Below are positions 58,010 through 64,000 of a DNA stretch of 64,000 bases, in pieces. Under the pieces are notes generated by a model. The model was not told the DNA's origin and searched no databases. It was given only the letters and a program-made list of their open reading frames with translations. A program made the position numbers and the translations under genes. The stretch's first letter is position 1. Each line of letters starts with the position of its first letter. This DNA comes from the human T2T-CHM13v2.0 reference genome, Homo sapiens, in assembly GCF_009914755.1 (NCBI RefSeq), contig NC_060934.1; one strand, written 5' to 3'.

Positions 58010-60024
58010 TGATCTTTTGAATATTGATCCAGCTTTGCATTTTCAAGATAAACCTCATTTTGGCATGGTGTATAATATTTTTATATACTGATGGATTCAA
58101 TTTGTTAATATTTTGTTGAAGATTTTTGTGTCAAGGTCCAAGGCAGATATTGTATGGTTTTTTCTTGTCCTGTCTTTGTCTGGCTTTGGTATCAATAATG
58201 CTGATTTTATAAAAATAAATTGGTAAATGTTCTCTCCTCTTCTATTTTCTGGAAAGAATTTGTGTAGAATTGGTATTAATTCACCTTAAAATGATTGATA
58301 GAATTTGACAGTGTAACCATCTGGGCTTGGAAAATTTTTTGAGAGGTTTTAAACTATGAATTTAATTTCTTTACAGGTATAGGATTCTTCAGGTTATTTA
58401 AATTTGCTTATGTGAGTTTTGATGGTTTGGTTTTGAGGAATTAGTCTATTTCACATAGGTTGTCATATTTATGTGTGTTGAGTTGTTCGTAGTATTTCCT
58501 TATTTTTAGAATACCATTGCATTTGTAGTGATATCTTCTCTTTCATTCCTGATATGGTAAATTGTGTCTTTTCTTCGTAATCTTGCAAGAGATTTGTGAA
58601 TTTCATTGGTCTTAAAGAACCAGTTTTTTGTTTCATTAATTTTTCTCTATTGATTTCTGTTTTCAATTTCATTCATTTCTGCTCCTAGCTTTTAAAAATT
58701 TTCTTCCTTCTGCTTGATTTGGGTTTATTTTATTATTATTAACTTTTTAGCTTCTTAAAGATCAGTGACGTGAGAACTTTCTTCTTTTTTAATGTCAATA
58801 TTTCATGTTATAAATATAAATTTCCCTCTAAGGATTGCTTTAGCTGAATCCTATTCCACAAATTTTCATATGTTGTGTTTTCATTTTCATTCAGTTCAAA
58901 ATATTTTTTCCTTTTGGCTTCCTCTTTGACCCATGGATTACTTAGAAGTATAATGTTTATAAATGTTTGGAGATTTTACTTTTATTTATTTCTAAGTTTA
59001 TTCTATTATGATTAGAGAGCATATTTTATATGATTTCAATTCTTTTTTTAGGCTGGATTATGTTTTGATGAATGTGCTGTGCCATGTACATTTTAAAGAG
59101 TATGTATTCTGCTATTGTTGGGTGGAGTATTTTATAAATACCTATTAGGTACGTTTGGGTTGATGGTATGGTTCAATTTTTCTATATTTTTGCTGATTTT
59201 CTGTTTACTACTTCCATCCATCACTGAGAGAGGAGTATTGATGTTTCCAAATATAATTGTAGATTTGTCTGTTTCTCTTTTCAATTCTATCAGGTTATGA
59301 TTCACACATTTTATAATGCCCTTCTTTATCTCCAGTAATTTTCTTTGCTCTGAAGTCTACTTTGTCTGATAGTAACATAACTATTCTCGCTTCCTTTTGG
59401 TTAGTGTTCACATGGCATATATTTTTCTATTTTTAACATACCTATATAAATGTATTTTGAATTGAGTTCTTTTTTACAACACATACGTAGCTCAGTCATG
59501 TTTTTGCGTACATTTTACCAACCTGTTCAGTGGGCATATTTAGGTGTTTTTCCATTTAATGTAATAATTGATATATTCAGATTTAGGCCTACCATTTTAT
59601 TTATTTGTTTTCTATTTGTTTCCTTTATTTTCTTTCATGTATCTGTTTTCTCTTTTCTACCTTCTTTTGGGGCATTTGTATATTTTTTAAAATTCCATAT
59701 TTTTGTTAGTTTTTGACTATGTGTCCTTGTTAAAAAAGTTTTTAATGATTGGGATCAAAATATAAATATTTAATTTTACACAACCTACTTAGAATCAATA
59801 TTTTATAACTTCAAGGGGGATATAGAAATGTTATAATCATTTAGATCCTATTACCTTCCCTCTTTATGTTGCAGTTGTCTTATGTATTGCATTTACATAC
59901 ACTGAAAACCCCATTAATGTTATCAGTTTTGCTTTCAAACATGAAACAAATTTTAAGGAACTTAAGAGGTGAATTGTTTATTTACCTAGATATTTACCAT
60001 TTCTGTTTTTCCTTCTTTATTCCT

Positions 60025-60192
60025 TGTTTTTGTTTTGTTTTGTTTTGTTTTCTTGGAGTCGGGGTCTTGCTCTGTCACCAAGGCTGGAGAGCAGTGGCAC
60101 AATCATAGCCCACTGTAACCTCAAACTCCTGGGCTAAAAGTGATCCTCCCACCTCAGCTTCCGAGTCGCTAAGACTACCACCATGCCTGGCT
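60025..60192 (-). mobile_element. Alu right-arm monomer/fragment
   Basis: (TTTTG)n tail followed by GGGGTCTTGCTCTGTCACC...CCACCATGCCTGGCT. Confidence 0.85.
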
Positions 60193-62156
60193 CCTCCTTT
60201 ATTCTTGATGTTTCAGGTTACCTTATGATGTCATTTCCGTCTGTCTGAAGAACTTCCATTAGTAATTCTTTAGACCAAGGTATGCTGACAACAAATTATC
60301 TTTGTTTTCCTCCCCCAAGAATGTGTTTATTTCAAATTTAATCATGAAGGATATTTGTGCTAAATATAGAATTCTGGGTTGACAGGTTTTTACTTTTAGC
60401 CCTTTAAGTTGTTCTACTTCATTCTAGCCTCCGTGGTTTCTGATGAGAAATCTGCAGTCATTCACACTGTTTTTCCCCTGTAAATAATGTATCATTTTTT
60501 TCTACCAGTTTTCAAGAATTTTTCTTGTTTCAGTTTTTAGCAGTTTGATTATGATGTGTTTGGGCATGAGTTTCTTTGGTTATACCCTGTTTGGTGTCTG
60601 AGTTTCTTGAATCTGTAAGTTTATGTTTTTTACCAAATTTAAGAAATTTTTAGTTATTCTTTCAAATATTTGGTACTACGTTGTATTCTTTCCTTTCTTC
60701 TTCTGGATCTCCTATATCATAAATGTTAGATATTTTGGTGGTGTCCCACCAGTCCCTCAGGCACAGCTTTTTTCCCCCAATACTTTTTCTCTCCATTGTT
60801 CACATTGGATAATTTCTGTTGCCTCATCTTCAAATTCACTGACTGTTTCCTCTCTCATCTCCATTCTGTAATTGAACCTATACAATTAGTTCTTTATTTT
60901 TGTTATTATATTTTTTAGTTCTGAATTTCAATTTCATTTTTTTATTATTTTTTGCATTTCTTTCAGGAACTTTTTAATCTTACGTTCTGGTACACTTTTC
61001 TAATAACTGTTTTAAAGCTATAGTCAGCTAATTCCAGCATCTATAGCATCCTGGCATTGTCCTCTATTGTCTTTTCCTAGGTGAGCTGAGATTTTCCTGG
61101 TTCTTGTATGCTGACTAGTTTTGAATTGTATCCCAGACATTTAATATATTATAAGACTCTGGGTTTTGTTTAAATCATATGGAGAATACTGATATTTTTG
61201 TTTTGGTGGGTAATAGATCTGTTTTGGTTCAAGTCAAAAGTTCCAGCCAACCTTCTGTCAGTTGTAGTTTCAATGTCAATTCTGTTTTCAAAAAGAATAT
61301 TTTGCTTTCCATGCTATTTGGATCTATCCTCTATGTGTACTACCAGTCAGTAGTGGTAGGGTGGTGGACTTGTGTGGTAGACTCTCCTTTAGTTCAGTCT
61401 CAAAGTCTTTTTGGTACATATGCTGTTTGTGATCAGATCCATCCTTGTGCAACTTGAAGGTGAGTCTAGGAGGTTATAATCAACTTAACTACTACTTCTC
61501 TGAGTTCCTCCCTCTTCATGGTCTCTAGTACTTTCTTATTCCTGGGACTTCCTCTTTCAGTCCCACAGCCAGAAATCTAGTGCTTTAGTTACCCTGCTGT
61601 GGTATGTACTTTCTGGGGCTACACTATGTCCAGGGCTCAGCAGTGGAAGGACAGAGAAGAAAAAATCAACTGGTGTTTATCCCACCCTCCTGAGGCCCCA
61701 ACTTCTCCATGGAAGAAGGTTCCCCTCCCTCAGAGATATTGGAGCTTGTCACCACCTGCTGACATTGCAGTCATTACCACTGCTTGGTTGGCAGGATTTC
61801 TAGGAGCCTGGGGCACTAGAGAATGGAGAACAAAAGAGAAGAAATTGGCAGATTTCTCCCACACTCTCTGAGTATTAGGAGATGCTTTTCCTGCTCCTTG
61901 AGCCAGAACTAGAGGGCTTCTCCTGGGGCTCTGTCTGTCTGTGCGTATTCTGAGTTTCAGACTGCCTTATTTCTAGACTGAGGTTCTGATAGGGAAAAAA
62001 CAAAAACAGAAAACTCACTGCTTGTTCAGTAGTACTTTAAATTCTAGTCTTTTTCCCCAATTCACTTGGTACTTTTTATCTTTCAGTGTCCCCAAGTAGC
62101 TGTTTCATGCATTCTATCTAGGTTTTATAACTATATTTAATGAAAAAGACAGGGTG

Positions 62157-62400
62157 GGCTGGGCGCGGTGGCTCACGCCCTTAATCCCAACAGTTTAGAA
62201 GGCCGAGGTGGTCGGATCACCTGAGGTCAGGAGTTCAAGACCAGCCTGGCCAACATGTTGAAACCCAGTCTCGACTAAAAATACAACAATTAGCTGGGCG
62301 TGGTGGTGCACACCTGTAGCCTCAGATTGTGCCACTGCAGTCCAACCTGGGTGACAGAGTGAGACTCTATCTCAAAAAAAAAAAAAAAAAAAAAAAAAAA
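62157..62400 (+). mobile_element. Alu (AluS-like) with right-arm deletion
   Basis: CACCTGTAGCCTC joined to AGATTGTGCCACTGC; long poly-A; TSD AAAAGACA(G/A)GGTGG. Confidence 0.92.
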
Positions 62401-62465
62401 GACAAGGTGGAGTGTGCTTACTCCATCTTACCTAGAGCTGGAATGGAACATTGTTTTTAAATGGC

Positions 62466-62641
62466 TGTTATGGATTGAATGTTTTTGTATCCTCAAAATG
62501 CACAAGTTGAAGCTCTAACCCTGAAAGTAATGGTATTTAGCAATGAGGCCTTTGAGAGGTAATTAGGATTAGATGAGGTCATGAGAGTGGGGCATCATGA
62601 TGGGATTAGTGCCCTTGTAAGAGGAGACACCAAAGAGCTCA

Positions 62642-62672
<31 letters not shown>

Positions 62673-62861
62673 CTTTTTGTGAGGACATAGCAAGAAGGCA
62701 GCTGTCTGCAAGCCAGAAAGAGAGGCCTCACCAGGAGTTAAATCAGCTGGCACCTTGATTCGGGACTTCCCAGCCTCTCAAACTGTGAGAAAGTAGATTT
62801 CTGCTGTTTTCGCCATTCAGTCTATGGTATTTTGTTTTGGCACCTTGAGCAGACAAATACA
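62466..62861 (+). mobile_element. MLT1A-like MaLR solo LTR containing a (CT)n tract
   Basis: TGTTATGGATTGAATG...GATGGGATTAGTGCCCTT...GACTTCCCAGCCTC...CAGACAAATACA. Confidence 0.87.
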
Positions 62862-64000
62862 ATTGCCAACATATTCATGAAAAAATTCTTGGCACTACAT
62901 ATTGCCTCATTCTTCCCAATTCAGTCACTACTTTTCTTTATAATTCTACCTGTACATGTTTTCTGCAAGATTTATAACAAATTATACTTAGCTGAATTTC
63001 TAGACAGAAATAGAAACAAATCCCCCAACACTAGATGGATAGCTTTAGAGATCCAATAATTTTGTGCCATGTAGTTGTAACACTTCAAATATATATATTT
63101 TGGTATGTCTTTTTTGAATTAATTTATTGCTTAATTGTTTGGTCTTCAGTCACCTTGACTAAATTTGCCTGATGTTTCTCTGTAAATAATCTCAAGGCTA
63201 GGTGACCTAGGTCCTGTTTGGGCCAATTATTTTTATTTTTATCTCTGAGAAGCTTGCCTCAAAGAGAACTTATGGTTAGGAGCCAACAGTCCATTTCTTT
63301 CACATACATCCTGTTAAACTATAAGAAACGAGGATCGTATTGAATAATATAAATGAGTAGAAGGAAGATAAAGCAATTTGCTTGTCTTCTGCAGATAGTA
63401 GTTTTAAATAAATTTTTATCTAATAGTAAACAGAACATGAGTAATTCTTGACCATCAAGAGAAGGACAAGTCCTTATAATTGGAGTGGAACTGGACTAGA
63501 ACTAGGCTATTGTCTCAAGTGGGACGAAGACTCTAGAATAGATCAGTGAGCTTTGTACCTAAGGCAATTTCATGTTATGCTCTATTGCTTTCCACCAAAT
63601 GGGCTTCTTTCTTTCTTCCCCCCCGCCGCCCCCAGTAATCTTCTCCATCTCATCCATTCCCTCTTCTTTTTCTCTTCCTCACAGTTTTTATATCTGTGAA
63701 CCTGGATGAATTAGTAGATTTAAAGAAGTAGTGGGATTGTAAAAAGCTGCTGATCTTTATCCTCTTTAAAAATCTGTCAACACCTCTCATCTTTTCCTTG
63801 TATGCTGCCTTCCTATTCCTGTTCCACCTTTCCATATTGTCCTTCACTTCATGGCCAGGCTTTAGCCCTGCCAGTGGTGGCCAGAGACATGAATTAACTC
63901 TGTTTGAGTCATTTAGGAATAAAAAGATTATTACTGACCTCAATTCTAGAATAAAAATACTGTAGTTTTTCTCTCCCACACTATAATTTTACTAAAATGT

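Noticed and set aside
63650-63979. 109-aa minus-strand ORF at the right edge
   Set aside because: Non-ATG start, low-complexity K/R bias from a pyrimidine-rich plus strand, and no similarity to cofilin or any family I recognise.

Overview
Primate (very probably human) genomic DNA, AT-rich and dense in repeats. It holds the 5' two-thirds of ATAD1 (Msp1/Thorase, the outer-mitochondrial and peroxisomal AAA+ extractase) on the minus strand. A non-coding first exon lies in a CpG island at about 42.1 kb. Five coding exons follow (38346-38507, 16565-16663, 14218-14338, 8378-8578, 229-335). They have canonical AG/GT boundaries and splice in frame to the first 230 codons: transmembrane anchor, Walker A GPPGCGKT, pore loop KWYGE and Walker B IIFIDEID. 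The gene continues off the left edge. The CpG island looks bidirectional, with a well-formed plus-strand donor, intron and exon just beyond the ATAD1 start; from memory of the human locus this is the 5' end of the CFL1P1 transcript. The rest is interspersed repeats: more than 25 Alus, old L1 fragments, MIRs, DNA transposons (Tigger1, Tigger2a-like, Tigger4-like, MER20, MER5A), solo LTRs and a 7SL retropseudogene. Intron 2 carries a complete two-LTR MER4-type endogenous retrovirus (20144-27702) with target-site duplication (TSD), primer-binding site (PBS) and polypurine tract (PPT). I found no convincing previously undescribed biological system; the findings are modest structural and regulatory observations. 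Repeat subfamily names come from recall of consensus sequences, not a search, and repeat boundaries are approximate unless a TSD is quoted.
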